Positions 17,253 through 29,850 are shown, counted from the stretch's first letter. The stretch: 64,000 bases of DNA from Auanema rhodensis (GCA_964057225.1 OZ059898.1:11098001-11162000), one strand, 5' to 3'. The notes: generated by a model from the letters alone, not told the origin. Program-made: numbers and translations.

Positions 17253-18259
17253 GCTGAAAATTATTAATTGGCGAACAATTTATTTGTAAAAAAGGTATTC
17301 ATCAAGTTCAATATGATAAAAATGATCTTCTATATAATGAAAATACTTTGTAATTGTGAGGAGAAAAACCTTTTCTCATTTTTTTTACAAAAAAAAATAG
17401 TAAAGAGAGTGAGATAGAAGAAAACGTTATAGTTGGTAGGAATAGTGAAGACTTGAAGAATTGATATTAGATTATAAGTAGAATAGAATGATTGAAAAGC
17501 TATAACACAAAAAGAGTATAATTATATTCTTTAAGCTAAATTATTAGTTTGAGATACTGATTAGTTTCTCATTCGAACTATACTTTGATGTGTACATTGA
17601 TCAATTAGGAATAAATTTCTATATAAAATAATATTTTACTTGTTCAAAAAGAGTCAAACTGTGAATATTAATTACATACCTTGTATGTATTATTAGAATG
17701 TTATAATGAAAAAAAGAACAGTATTACATGAATCGTTTTTATTCAAAATATTTGTATATTTATGTTATAAACTATATATAAGTAGTTAAAGTTAAAGGAT
17801 AAACTGTAAAATTTTAAACCAACGTTTCTATCTTTTCTCACTTTCATAGATAAGAAAAATATGTAAATAACTATCATCAAAGTATTTTTAAGTTTGATCG
17901 CCAGCTATTACAGGCTATTATAATTTTTAGAATTTCCGAAAAAAAATTCAGCAAAATCATTTTTTTTTGATATTATGTGCAATGTTTCACAGCAAATTAT
18001 CCAGAAAGATGAAGTTGAGAAGGATGATAAGAAGGAAGAACATTCCGGTTCGCTCCCTTTCTTTAATTCTAGGTCATTTATGAATATTTGAATTGAAATA
18101 TATAAATATATATCATTGTATGAAATGATAAATATATTAGATTATTCTGAGATAAATTGTAATATATTCAATATTTTTTATTAATTATTATATTATATTG
18201 GAATTGAAGTTTTGTTATTATATTGTTGTTCTTTAAATAATTCAAACACTTATAGATTC

Positions 18260-19640
18260 ATGTATTTTCATGATGGTAACATCAAGGTTTATACTATATC
18301 TTCAGTTTTAGTATCTTTCTTGGCTATATTAATCATTATTATTAATATACCATTTTTACAAATTGAAATAGCTAATTGCTTGATAACTTTATCAGATGAT
18401 ATATCTGAGTTTGATGTAAGATTATTAATTTCCTTTCTGGGCTTGTTATAAAATTTTTAGATGACCATTGGGACCGCATGGGATATCTTAATCACTATAG
18501 AAGAACAAAATAGATATCGTCGTGATCTTTATACTTATGAATTCAAGCCAATTATTAAAGCTCATAAACCAAAGCAAAGTGATTAAATATATTTTTAAAA
18601 TTTTAATTATCATTTTTTAAATAGAGATTGCAAGACCGCGTGTACATGGAACACACACTGTGATTTCTCAAGCTGGGAGACAATTATTTGGGGATGCAGA
18701 TGAAATAGAGGCTGAATTACAAACTGGTACACAAAATTCTATAATTTTTTGCCAAACTGTTTAAAAGAATCATATAGAATGCAAATTAGTTTTCAATTCG
18801 AAATGCCCTAAAGGAACACAAGGACCACCTGGGTTACCTGGAACCGATGGAAGTTAGTATTTGTTGTTATTTAATGAGCTAACGAAGAGTTTATTATGTC
18901 AGCCGACGGTTTGGACGGAACATATGGTATACCAGGTATAGATGCACATGATATTTCGGAGCAATCGACGGAAAATGCTTGTATCAAGTGCCCTGTAGGC
19001 ATTCCTGGTCCACCAGGAGCAAAAGGACGTGTCGGCCCTGCTGGGCCACCTGGTTCGCTGTTCTATCTAAGATGTTTTCAAATAAGTTTATTATAGGAAA
19101 ACCTGGAATTGACGGAAGTTACAGTGAAAAGATTGGATTACCTGGTCTTCAAGGACCACCAGGACCAGATGGCAATATAGGAGAAGAAGGAATACCTGGC
19201 AGGCCTGGAAGATATGCTATTCATTGGATATCACCACCAGGAGAAAAGGGAGTACAAGGTGCACAATAACAATAGCTCTGATGTGTTTCAAATAATATAT
19301 GACATAGGTTTACGAGGACCTAGAGGTTTGCCTGGGAAGCCGGGTGAAGATGGCGAACAAGGAGTAGCCGGTGTTCGCGGAAAGACCGGCAACAAAGGTT
19401 TGCCTGGCTTACCTGGACCAAAAGGTGTGGCCGGTAAACAGGGTAAAGTTGGAAAAAATGGTAAACTTACTCTATACTATATAAGGTTTATAAGATTCCA
19501 TTTAAGCTATAAAACGATTTTATTGCCCATGCCCTGAAAGGTCAAAAGAACATAACGTCACGAACATTTTACATTTTTCGGAAATAACTGAAAGCTCCAA
19601 CACAAAGCTACCTCCATATCCATCAGATGCCTATGAATAG
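18260..19640 (+). CDS. Nematode cuticle collagen
   Basis: N-terminal hydrophobic segment and Col_cuticle_N-like region, RYRR furin site, Gly-X-Y blocks, CIKCPVG and YCPCPER cysteine motifs. Confidence 0.93.
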
Positions 19641-19939
19641 ATAACAAATAGTTTTAAACTTGTTATATGTACATTCATATATATATTTAAGTGTCCGAAG
19701 ATAGTCAAGTTATACGTCATAAGTTTAAAAAATATTAAAATTATTTTCCAACTATTTTAGAGTTGGGCTTTTGTTGTAATAATAATCAGTAAATTGTATT
19801 TTACTATTCATAATTATGGTAACGTTTTTAACAATTTCAATAATTTATTATAATAACTTTAATAAACTTTAATTTAATAAAAATGAATAATATTTATATT
19901 TTACAGTTATATTCAAACATTAATCTATGAGTTAATAAA

Positions 19940-21238
19940 TTATTTATATTCGAAAAAAAACATAATAAAAGAACTAAAAGTTAAAAGAAATACAATAGTA
20001 TTAGATGAGGAACCATTTACACATTTATCTTTATCATATTTTGTTAATTTAATATCAAAATACTCTAAATGATGAGCATCTTTATAAGATTTTAATGTAT
20101 TAGAGCATAAAGTATCTTCATCTGATAAGGTACAAACCTAAAATAATTATATTATAATAGAAGAACTTAGTAGATGGATATAAGAAACATACCTTATATT
20201 CATATCCTTTTGTCATTCCATTTGTATACCAAACCTATAATTAATTTTCCATGCCATTATCAGTTTTAATGAATCATTTACCTCCGTCCCATGATGATGT
20301 GGAGCACTAGCCGAGAAATCATCACATTCATTAATCTTTCCTTTGTCTTCATCTAGTCTAATATATTTCTAATATATTTATGAAAAATGATTATGAAATA
20401 ATACCTGCATGGTGTCATATGTGGCACACTATCTAATTCATTAACAATTCTCCAAGAATCATGAATTACTCGATCTACATTGTTTGCTAAAGCCTTATTA
20501 CCAATACGTGGTTCACCGAATGTATATAGATGAATCTAATAATTATCGTAAAAAAAGTTCAATGAATATAATGTATCACCAAGTTTGTTGGAATTCCAAT
20601 TTTATAAGATTGTAACGCTGATAGGGTTGCCAATCCTGCACCTGTTGAATGACCAGTAAAAAGTATGTGATAGCCTGTGCTATTAGCAGAAGTTAACATT
20701 GCTGATATAGTTTTCCTGAAATAACAGGGGATGAAAAGTGAACTTCAAAATTTGAACAATGTACCAAATTTCCGAATGAGCCCGGAGAAATGTCATATCC
20801 ACAAGGCCAAAGCCAAGAAATTCAGTTGTTGCTCGGATACCTTTGATGAAATCTTTGTCGATTTTATCGATTCTATTAGGTCCTTTGATTGCAATTGTAA
20901 TTATCTTTTCATAATCATTAGCTACGGCCAAAACTCTACATGCTGGTTTTTCTCTTGCGCAATCTGATTCCTTAAAAAAATACATAAAATAATTTGCTTT
21001 TGAGATAGAAATTACACTATCAACCAAGATTCGATAATCAACGGAAAGTGGCGAACGTTCAAAACAACTGCTGGCCTCAGAAGAATATGCAGATGAAGCT
21101 ACAATAAAGGCTTTCCTACCAAACTGCAATAAGGATTTAGATGAAAAAACAAAAGAATTCAACTACATTTTCATTATATTCTAGAAAATCAGCAGAAATC
21201 AGATGAATAATTGTGAATAATATAATATATTTGAACAT
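19940..21238 (-). CDS. Secreted lipase class 3 (fungal-lipase-like alpha/beta hydrolase)
   Basis: Signal peptide MFKYIILFTIIHLISA; ILFTGHSTGAGLA (GxSxG); YTFGEPRIGN; RIVNELDSVPHMTPC; HHLEYF; hydrophobic C-terminus. Confidence 0.88.
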
Positions 21239-21548
21239 AGTCTTATCTAGCCATATACAACACGATAAGAAACTGTCAACTATATATATATATATATACT
21301 CCCACAAACATTTGTATGTGGGAGTATAGATAAAACACTTAATTCATAAGGTTTATTTTGAATTCTAAATATTTAATAAAAATATTTTGCGATTATCAGA
21401 TTCAAAATATGAATCGCACTATTTTTGCCGTAAACGTTATCAGTCTGTCTAATCTATGTATGTCTCAGAACAACGAACGAAACTATGAATCATTTCATGA
21501 CATAAATACTGAACGTGCTATATGGAACAGATAGGAACATGAACAACC

Positions 21549-21849
21549 ACTGGGCGTCGTGGCGGGCGTCTGTGAGCCAGTTTCTAGGCAGTAGATGATT
21601 GTGGATGAAGTGAGGTCAGGAGTCCTGGTTGAGTCGTGCATTACGGCGACCGGGCGTCCGAGCCAAGCGACGCGTCACTAGGGTCGGACTTTCGAAGGAA
21701 AGATCGACCCGGGTGGACAAGGAGAGGTGAATGGCTGAGGCCCGAAAGGGAGCAAGCAGAAGCCTCCGCGCGTTGTAGTGGCCGGATAGCGCCCGTGAGT
21801 TCTGACAACTCACCAGCCTGGTCGATACCTCCAGACCAATCATTGTTTT
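21549..21849 (+). ncRNA. srpr: Metazoan SRP RNA (7SL), copy 1
   Basis: ~300 nt; Alu 5' end ACTGGGCGTCGTGGCGGGCGTCTGTGA with UGUNR; helix 6 GGGTCG..CTTTC-GAAG-GAAAG..CGACCC (GNAR loop); helix 8 GAGG-CCC-GAAA-GGG-AGCA (SRP54 site); ATGATTG pairs with 3' CAATCAT; oligo-T terminator; strongly resembles C. elegans srpr as recalled. Confidence 0.95.
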
Positions 21850-21857
21850 GATTTTTT
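21846..21857 (+). terminator. Pol III terminator (T4 then T6), repeated in every unit
   Basis: TTTTGATTTTTT immediately after the 3' end of the SRP RNA. Confidence 0.85.
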
Positions 21858-21909
21858 CCGTCAAATATGACTAAACGGTCAAATAGACAGGATTGAAACA
21901 CAGATAATC

Positions 21910-22210
21910 ACTGGGCGTCGTGGCGGGCGTCTGTGAGCCAGTTTCTAGGCAGTAGATGATTGTGGATGAAGTGAGGTCAGGAGTCCTGGTTGAGTCGTGC
22001 ATTACGGCGACCGGGCGTCCGAGCCAAGCGACGCGTCACTAGGGTCGGACTTTCGAAGGAAAGATCGACCCGGGTGGACAAGGAGAGGTGAATGGCTGAG
22101 GCCCGAAAGGGAGCAAGCAGAAGCCTCCGCGCGTTGTAGTGGCCGGATAGCGCCCGTGAGTTCTGACAACTCACCAGCCTGGTCGATACCTCCAGACCAA
22201 TCATTGTTTT
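21910..22210 (+). ncRNA. srpr: SRP RNA copy 2
   Basis: Same sequence as copy 1. Confidence 0.93.
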
Positions 22211-22270
22211 GATTTTTTCCGTCAAATATGACTAAACGGTCAAATAGACAGGATTGAAACACAGATAATC

Positions 22271-22571
22271 ACTGGGCGTCGTGGCGGGCGTCTGTGAGCC
22301 AGTTTCTAGGCAGTAGATGATTGTGGATGAAGTGAGGTCAGGAGTCCTGGTTGAGTCGTGCATTACGGCGACCGGGCGTCCGAGCCAAGCGACGCGTCAC
22401 TAGGGTCGGACTTTCGAAGGAAAGATCGACCCGGGTGGACAAGGAGAGGTGAATGGCTGAGGCCCGAAAGGGAGCAAGCAGAAGCCTCCGCGCGTTGTAG
22501 TGGCCGGATAGCGCCCGTGAGTTCTGACAACTCACCAGCCTGGTCGATACCTCCAGACCAATCATTGTTTT
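22271..22571 (+). ncRNA. srpr: SRP RNA copy 3
   Basis: Same sequence as copy 1. Confidence 0.93.
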
Positions 22572-22631
22572 GATTTTTTCCGTCAAATATGACTAAACGG
22601 TCAAATAGACAGGATTGAAACACAGATAATC

Positions 22632-22932
22632 ACTGGGCGTCGTGGCGGGCGTCTGTGAGCCAGTTTCTAGGCAGTAGATGATTGTGGATGAAGTGAGGTC
22701 AGGAGTCCTGGTTGAGTCGTGCATTACGGCGACCGGGCGTCCGAGCCAAGCGACGCGTCACTAGGGTCGGACTTTCGAAGGAAAGATCGACCCGGGTGGA
22801 CAAGGAGAGGTGAATGGCTGAGGCCCGAAAGGGAGCAAGCAGAAGCCTCCGCGCGTTGTAGTGGCCGGATAGCGCCCGTGAGTTCTGACAACTCACCAGC
22901 CTGGTCGATACCTCCAGACCAATCATTGTTTT
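22632..22932 (+). ncRNA. srpr: SRP RNA copy 4
   Basis: Same sequence as copy 1. Confidence 0.93.
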
Positions 22933-22992
22933 GATTTTTTCCGTCAAATATGACTAAACGGTCAAATAGACAGGATTGAAACACAGATAATC

Positions 22993-23293
22993 ACTGGGCG
23001 TCGTGGCGGGCGTCTGTGAGCCAGTTTCTAGGCAGTAGATGATTGTGGATGAAGTGAGGTCAGGAGTCCTGGTTGAGTCGTGCATTACGGCGACCGGGCG
23101 TCCGAGCCAAGCGACGCGTCACTAGGGTCGGACTTTCGAAGGAAAGATCGACCCGGGTGGACAAGGAGAGGTGAATGGCTGAGGCCCGAAAGGGAGCAAG
23201 CAGAAGCCTCCGCGCGTTGTAGTGGCCGGATAGCGCCCGTGAGTTCTGACAACTCACCAGCCTGGTCGATACCTCCAGACCAATCATTGTTTT
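22993..23293 (+). ncRNA. srpr: SRP RNA copy 5
   Basis: Same sequence as copy 1. Confidence 0.93.
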
Positions 23294-23353
23294 GATTTTT
23301 TCCGTCAAATATGACTAAACGGTCAAATAGACAGGATTGAAACACAGATAATC

Positions 23354-23654
23354 ACTGGGCGTCGTGGCGGGCGTCTGTGAGCCAGTTTCTAGGCAGTAGA
23401 TGATTGTGGATGAAGTGAGGTCAGGAGTCCTGGTTGAGTCGTGCATTACGGCGACCGGGCGTCCGAGCCAAGCGACGCGTCACTAGGGTCGGACTTTCGA
23501 AGGAAAGATCGACCCGGGTGGACAAGGAGAGGTGAATGGCTGAGGCCCGAAAGGGAGCAAGCAGAAGCCTCCGCGCGTTGTAGTGGCCGGATAGCGCCCG
23601 TGAGTTCTGACAACTCACCAGCCTGGTCGATACCTCCAGACCAATCATTGTTTT
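23354..23654 (+). ncRNA. srpr: SRP RNA copy 6
   Basis: Same sequence as copy 1. Confidence 0.93.
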
Positions 23655-23714
23655 GATTTTTTCCGTCAAATATGACTAAACGGTCAAATAGACAGGATTG
23701 AAACACAGATAATC

Positions 23715-24015
23715 ACTGGGCGTCGTGGCGGGCGTCTGTGAGCCAGTTTCTAGGCAGTAGATGATTGTGGATGAAGTGAGGTCAGGAGTCCTGGTTGAGT
23801 CGTGCATTACGGCGACCGGGCGTCCGAGCCAAGCGACGCGTCACTAGGGTCGGACTTTCGAAGGAAAGATCGACCCGGGTGGACAAGGAGAGGTGAATGG
23901 CTGAGGCCCGAAAGGGAGCAAGCAGAAGCCTCCGCGCGTTGTAGTGGCCGGATAGCGCCCGTGAGTTCTGACAACTCACCAGCCTGGTCGATACCTCCAG
24001 ACCAATCATTGTTTT
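23715..24015 (+). ncRNA. srpr: SRP RNA copy 7
   Basis: Same sequence as copy 1. Confidence 0.93.
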
Positions 24016-24075
24016 GATTTTTTCCGTCAAATATGACTAAACGGTCAAATAGACAGGATTGAAACACAGATAATC

Positions 24076-24376
24076 ACTGGGCGTCGTGGCGGGCGTCTGT
24101 GAGCCAGTTTCTAGGCAGTAGATGATTGTGGATGAAGTGAGGTCAGGAGTCCTGGTTGAGTCGTGCATTACGGCGACCGGGCGTCCGAGCCAAGCGACGC
24201 GTCACTAGGGTCGGACTTTCGAAGGAAAGATCGACCCGGGTGGACAAGGAGAGGTGAATGGCTGAGGCCCGAAAGGGAGCAAGCAGAAGCCTCCGCGCGT
24301 TGTAGTGGCCGGATAGCGCCCGTGAGTTCTGACAACTCACCAGCCTGGTCGATACCTCCAGACCAATCATTGTTTT
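24076..24376 (+). ncRNA. srpr: SRP RNA copy 8
   Basis: Same sequence as copy 1. Confidence 0.93.
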
Positions 24377-24436
24377 GATTTTTTCCGTCAAATATGACTA
24401 AACGGTCAAATAGACAGGATTGAAACACAGATAATC

Positions 24437-24737
24437 ACTGGGCGTCGTGGCGGGCGTCTGTGAGCCAGTTTCTAGGCAGTAGATGATTGTGGATGAAGTG
24501 AGGTCAGGAGTCCTGGTTGAGTCGTGCATTACGGCGACCGGGCGTCCGAGCCAAGCGACGCGTCACTAGGGTCGGACTTTCGAAGGAAAGATCGACCCGG
24601 GTGGACAAGGAGAGGTGAATGGCTGAGGCCCGAAAGGGAGCAAGCAGAAGCCTCCGCGCGTTGTAGTGGCCGGATAGCGCCCGTGAGTTCTGACAACTCA
24701 CCAGCCTGGTCGATACCTCCAGACCAATCATTGTTTT
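24437..24737 (+). ncRNA. srpr: SRP RNA copy 9
   Basis: Same sequence as copy 1. Confidence 0.93.
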
Positions 24738-24797
24738 GATTTTTTCCGTCAAATATGACTAAACGGTCAAATAGACAGGATTGAAACACAGATAATC

Positions 24798-25098
24798 ACT
24801 GGGCGTCGTGGCGGGCGTCTGTGAGCCAGTTTCTAGGCAGTAGATGATTGTGGATGAAGTGAGGTCAGGAGTCCTGGTTGAGTCGTGCATTACGGCGACC
24901 GGGCGTCCGAGCCAAGCGACGCGTCACTAGGGTCGGACTTTCGAAGGAAAGATCGACCCGTGTGGACAAGGAGAGGTGAATGGCTGAGGCCCGAAAGGGA
25001 GCAAGCAGAAGCCTCCGCGCGTTGTAGTGGCCGGATAGCGCCCGTGAGTTCTGACAACTCACCAGCCTGGTCGATACCTCCAGACCAATCATTGTTTT
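24798..25098 (+). ncRNA. srpr: SRP RNA copy 10
   Basis: As copy 1, with G>T at 24961. Confidence 0.93.
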
Positions 25099-25158
25099 GA
25101 TTTTTTCCGTCAAATATGACTAAACGGTCAAATAGACAGGATTGAAACACAGATAATC

Positions 25159-25459
25159 ACTGGGCGTCGTGGCGGGCGTCTGTGAGCCAGTTTCTAGGCA
25201 GTAGATGATTGTGGATGAAGTGAGGTCAGGAGTCCTGGTTGAGTCGTGCATTACGGCGACCGGGCGTCCGAGCCAAGCGACGCGTCACTAGGGTCGGACT
25301 TTCGAAGGAAAGATCGACCCGGGTGGACAAGGAGAGGTGAATGGCTGAGGCCCGAAAGGGAGCAAGCAGAAGCCTCCGCGCGTTGTAGTGGCCGGATAGC
25401 GCCCGTGAGTTCTGACAACTCACCAGCCTGGTCGATACCTCCAGACCAATCATTGTTTT
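25159..25459 (+). ncRNA. srpr: SRP RNA copy 11
   Basis: Same sequence as copy 1. Confidence 0.93.
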
Positions 25460-25519
25460 GATTTTTTCCGTCAAATATGACTAAACGGTCAAATAGACAG
25501 GATTGAAACACAGATAATC

Positions 25520-25820
25520 ACTGGGCGTCGTGGCGGGCGTCTGTGAGCCAGTTTCTAGGCAGTAGATGATTGTGGATGAAGTGAGGTCAGGAGTCCTGGT
25601 TGAGTCGTGCATTACGGCGACCGGGCGTCCGAGCCAAGCGACGCGTCACTAGGGTCGGACTTTCGAAGGAAAGATCGACCCGGGTGGACAAGGAGAGGTG
25701 AATGGCTGAGGCCCGAAAGGGAGCAAGCAGAAGCCTCCGCGCGTTGTAGTGGCCGGATAGCGCCCGTGAGTTCTGACAACTCACCAGCCTGGTCGATACC
25801 TCCAGACCAATCATTGTTTT
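25520..25820 (+). ncRNA. srpr: SRP RNA copy 12
   Basis: Same sequence as copy 1. Confidence 0.93.
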
Positions 25821-25880
25821 GATTTTTTCCGTCAAATATGACTAAACGGTCAAATAGACAGGATTGAAACACAGATAATC

Positions 25881-26181
25881 ACTGGGCGTCGTGGCGGGCG
25901 TCTGTGAGCCAGTTTCTAGGCAGTAGATGATTGTGGATGAAGTGAGGTCAGGAGTCCTGGTTGAGTCGTGCATTACGGCGACCGGGCGTCCGAGCCAAGC
26001 GACGCGTCACTAGGGTCGGACTTTCGAAGGAAAGATCGACCCGGGTGGACAAGGAGAGGTGAATGGCTGAGGCCCGAAAGGGAGCAAGCAGAAGCCTCCG
26101 CGCGTTGTAGTGGCCGGATAGCGCCCGTGAGTTCTGACAACTCACCAGCCTGGTCGATACCTCCAGACCAATCATTGTTTT
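25881..26181 (+). ncRNA. srpr: SRP RNA copy 13
   Basis: Same sequence as copy 1. Confidence 0.93.
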
Positions 26182-26241
26182 GATTTTTTCCGTCAAATAT
26201 GACTAAACGGTCAAATAGACAGGATTGAAACACAGATAATC

Positions 26242-26542
26242 ACTGGGCGTCGTGGCGGGCGTCTGTGAGCCAGTTTCTAGGCAGTAGATGATTGTGGATG
26301 AAGTGAGGTCAGGAGTCCTGGTTGAGTCGTGCATTACGGCGACCGGGCGTCCGAGCCAAGCGACGCGTCACTAGGGTCGGACTTTCGAAGGAAAGATCGA
26401 CCCGGGTGGACAAGGAGAGGTGAATGGCTGAGGCCCGAAAGGGAGCAAGCAGAAGCCTCCGCGCGTTGTAGTGGCCGGATAGCGCCCGTGAGTTCTGACA
26501 ACTCACCAGCCTGGTCGATACCTCTAGACCAATCATTGTTTT
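26242..26542 (+). ncRNA. srpr: SRP RNA copy 14
   Basis: As copy 1, with C>T at 26525. Confidence 0.93.
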
Positions 26543-26602
26543 GATTTTTTCCGTCAAATATGACTAAACGGTCAAATAGACAGGATTGAAACACAGATAA
26601 TC

Positions 26603-26903
26603 ACTGGGCGTCGTGGCGGGCGTCTGTGAGCCAGTTTCTAGGCAGTAGATGATTGTGGATGAAGTGAGGTCAGGAGTCCTGGTTGAGTCGTGCATTACGG
26701 CGACCGGGCGTCCGAGCCAAGCGACGCGTCACTAGGGTCGGACTTTCGAAGGAAAGATCGACCCGGGTGGACAAGGAGAGGTGAATGGCTGAGGCCCGAA
26801 AGGGAGCAAGCAGAAGCCTCCGCGCGTTGTAGTGGCCGGATAGCGCCCGTGAGTTCTGACAACTCACCAGCCTGGTCGATACCTCCAGACCAATCATTGT
26901 TTT
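26603..26903 (+). ncRNA. srpr: SRP RNA copy 15
   Basis: Same sequence as copy 1. Confidence 0.93.
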
Positions 26904-26963
26904 GATTTTTTCCGTCAAATATGACTAAACGGTCAAATAGACAGGATTGAAACACAGATAATC

Positions 26964-27264
26964 ACTGGGCGTCGTGGCGGGCGTCTGTGAGCCAGTTTCT
27001 AGGCAGTAGATGATTGTGGATGAAGTGAGGTCAGGAGTCCTGGTTGAGTCGTGCATTACGGCGACCGGGCGTCCGAGCCAAGCGACGCGTCACTAGGGTC
27101 GGACTTTCGAAGGAAAGATCGACCCGGGTGGACAAGGAGAGGTGAATGGCTGAGGCCCGAAAGGGAGCAAGCAGAAGCCTCCGCGCGTTGTAGTGGCCGG
27201 ATAGCGCCCGTGAGTTCTGACAACTCACCAGCCTGGTCGATACCTCCAGACCAATCATTGTTTT
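26964..27264 (+). ncRNA. srpr: SRP RNA copy 16
   Basis: As copy 1; 1-bp deletion in the downstream spacer (~27273). Confidence 0.93.
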
Positions 27265-27323
27265 GATTTTTTCGTCAAATATGACTAAACGGTCAAATAG
27301 ACAGGATTGAAACACAGATAATC

Positions 27324-27624
27324 ACTGGGCGTCGTGGCGGGCGTCTGTGAGCCAGTTTCTAGGCAGTAGATGATTGTGGATGAAGTGAGGTCAGGAGTCC
27401 TGGTTGAGTCGTGCATTACGGCGACCGGGCGTCCGAGCCAAGCGACGCGTCACTAGGGTCGGACTTTCGAAGGAAAGATCGACCCGGGTGGACAAGGAGA
27501 GGTGAATGGCTGAGGCCCGAAAGGGAGCAAGCAGAAGCCTCCGCGCGTTGTAGTGGCCGGATAGCGCCCGTGAGTTCTGACAACTCACCAGCCTGGTCGA
27601 TACCTCCAGACCAATCATTGTTTT
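27324..27624 (+). ncRNA. srpr: SRP RNA copy 17
   Basis: Same sequence as copy 1. Confidence 0.93.
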
Positions 27625-27684
27625 GATTTTTTCCGTCAAATATGACTAAACGGTCAAATAGACAGGATTGAAACACAGATAATC

Positions 27685-27985
27685 ACTGGGCGTCGTGGCG
27701 GGCGTCTGTGAGCCAGTTTCTAGGCAGTAGATGATTGTGGATGAAGTGAGGTCAGGAGTCCTGGTTGAGTCGTGCATTACGGCGACCGGGCGTCCGAGCC
27801 AAGCGACGCGTCACTAGGGTCGGACTTTCGAAGGAAAGATCGACCCGGGTGGACAAGGAGAGGTGAATGGCTGAGGCCCGAAAGGGAGCAAGCAGAAGCC
27901 TCCGCGCGTTGTAGTGGCCGGATAGCGCCCGTGAGTTCTGACAACTCACCAGCCTGGTCGATACCTCCAGACCAATCATTGTTTT
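27685..27985 (+). ncRNA. srpr: SRP RNA copy 18
   Basis: Same sequence as copy 1. Confidence 0.93.
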
Positions 27986-28045
27986 GATTTTTTCCGTCAA
28001 ATATGACTAAACGGTCAAATAGACAGGATTGAAACACAGATAATC

Positions 28046-28346
28046 ACTGGGCGTCGTGGCGGGCGTCTGTGAGCCAGTTTCTAGGCAGTAGATGATTGTG
28101 GATGAAGTGAGGTCAGGAGTCCTGGTTGAGTCGTGCATTACGGCGACCGGGCGTCCGAGCCAAGCGACGCGTCACTAGGGTCGGACTTTCGAAGGAAAGA
28201 TCGACCCGTGTGGACAAGGAGAGGTGAATGGCTGAGGCCCGAAAGGGAGCAAGCAGAAGCCTCCGCGCGTTGTAGTGGCCGGATAGCGCCCGTGAGTTCT
28301 GACAACTCACCAGCCTGGTCGATACCTCCAGACCAATCATTGTTTT
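28046..28346 (+). ncRNA. srpr: SRP RNA copy 19
   Basis: As copy 1, with G>T at 28209 (shared with copy 10). Confidence 0.93.
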
Positions 28347-28406
28347 GATTTTTTCCGTCAAATATGACTAAACGGTCAAATAGACAGGATTGAAACACAG
28401 ATAATC

Positions 28407-28707
28407 ACTGGGCGTCGTGGCGGGCGTCTGTGAGCCAGTTTCTAGGCAGTAGATGATTGTGGATGAAGTGAGGTCAGGAGTCCTGGTTGAGTCGTGCATT
28501 ACGGCGACCGGGCGTCCGAGCCAAGCGACGCGTCACTAGGGTCGGACTTTCGAAGGAAAGATCGACCCGGGTGGACAAGGAGAGGTGAATGGCTGAGGCC
28601 CGAAAGGGAGCAAGCAGAAGCCTCCGCGCGTTGTAGTGGCCGGATAGCGCCCGTGAGTTCTGACAACTCACCAGCCTGGTCGATACCTCCAGACCAATCA
28701 TTGTTTT
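28407..28707 (+). ncRNA. srpr: SRP RNA copy 20
   Basis: As copy 1; spacer G>A at 28735. Confidence 0.93.
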
Positions 28708-28767
28708 GATTTTTTCCGTCAAATATGACTAAACAGTCAAATAGACAGGATTGAAACACAGATAATC

Positions 28768-29068
28768 ACTGGGCGTCGTGGCGGGCGTCTGTGAGCCAGT
28801 TTCTAGGCAGTAGATGATTGTGGATGAAGTGAGGTCAGGAGTCCTGGTTGAGTCGTGCATTACGGCGACCGGGCGTCCGAGCCAAGCGACGCGTCACTAG
28901 GGTCGGACTTTCGAAGGAAAGATCGACCCGGGTGGACAAGGAGAGGTGAATGGCTGAGGCCCGAAAGGGAGCAAGCAGAAGCCTCCGCGCGTTGTAGTGG
29001 CCGGATAGCGCCCGTGAGTTCTGACAACTCACCAGCCTGGTCGATACCTCCAGACCAATCATTGTTTT
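28768..29068 (+). ncRNA. srpr: SRP RNA copy 21
   Basis: Same sequence as copy 1. Confidence 0.93.
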
Positions 29069-29128
29069 GATTTTTTCCGTCAAATATGACTAAACGGTCA
29101 AATAGACAGGATTGAAACACAGATAATC

Positions 29129-29429
29129 ACTGGGCGTCGTGGCGGGCGTCTGTGAGCCAGTTTCTAGGCAGTAGATGATTGTGGATGAAGTGAGGTCAGG
29201 AGTCCTGGTTGAGTCGTGCATTACGGCGACCGGGCGTCCGAGCCAAGCGACGCGTCACTAGGGTCGGACTTTCGAAGGAAAGATCGACCCGGGTGGACAA
29301 GGAGAGGTGAATGGCTGAGGCCCGAAAGGGAGCAAGCAGAAGCCTCCGCGCGTTGTAGTGGCCGGATAGCGCCCGTGAGTTCTGACAACTCACCAGCCTG
29401 GTCGATACCTCCAGACCAATCATTGTTTT
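29129..29429 (+). ncRNA. srpr: SRP RNA copy 22
   Basis: Same sequence as copy 1. Confidence 0.93.
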
Positions 29430-29489
29430 GATTTTTTCCGTCAAATATGACTAAACGGTCAAATAGACAGGATTGAAACACAGATAATC

Positions 29490-29790
29490 ACTGGGCGTCG
29501 TGGCGGGCGTCTGTGAGCCAGTTTCTAGGCAGTAGATGATTGTGGATGAAGTGAGGTCAGGAGTCCTGGTTGAGTCGTGCATTACGGCGACCGGGCGTCC
29601 GAGCCAAGCGACGCGTCACTAGGGTCGGACTTTCGAAGGAAAGATCGACCCGGGTGGACAAGGAGAGGTGAATGGCTGAGGCCCGAAAGGGAGCAAGCAG
29701 AAGCCTCCGCGCGTTGTAGTGGCCGGATAGCGCCCGTGAGTTCTGACAACTCACCAGCCTGGTCGATACCTCCAGACCAATCATTGTTTT
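29490..29790 (+). ncRNA. srpr: SRP RNA copy 23
   Basis: Same sequence as copy 1. Confidence 0.93.
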
Positions 29791-29850
29791 GATTTTTTCC
29801 GTCAAATATGACTAAACGGTCAAATAGACAGGATTGAAACACAGATAATC

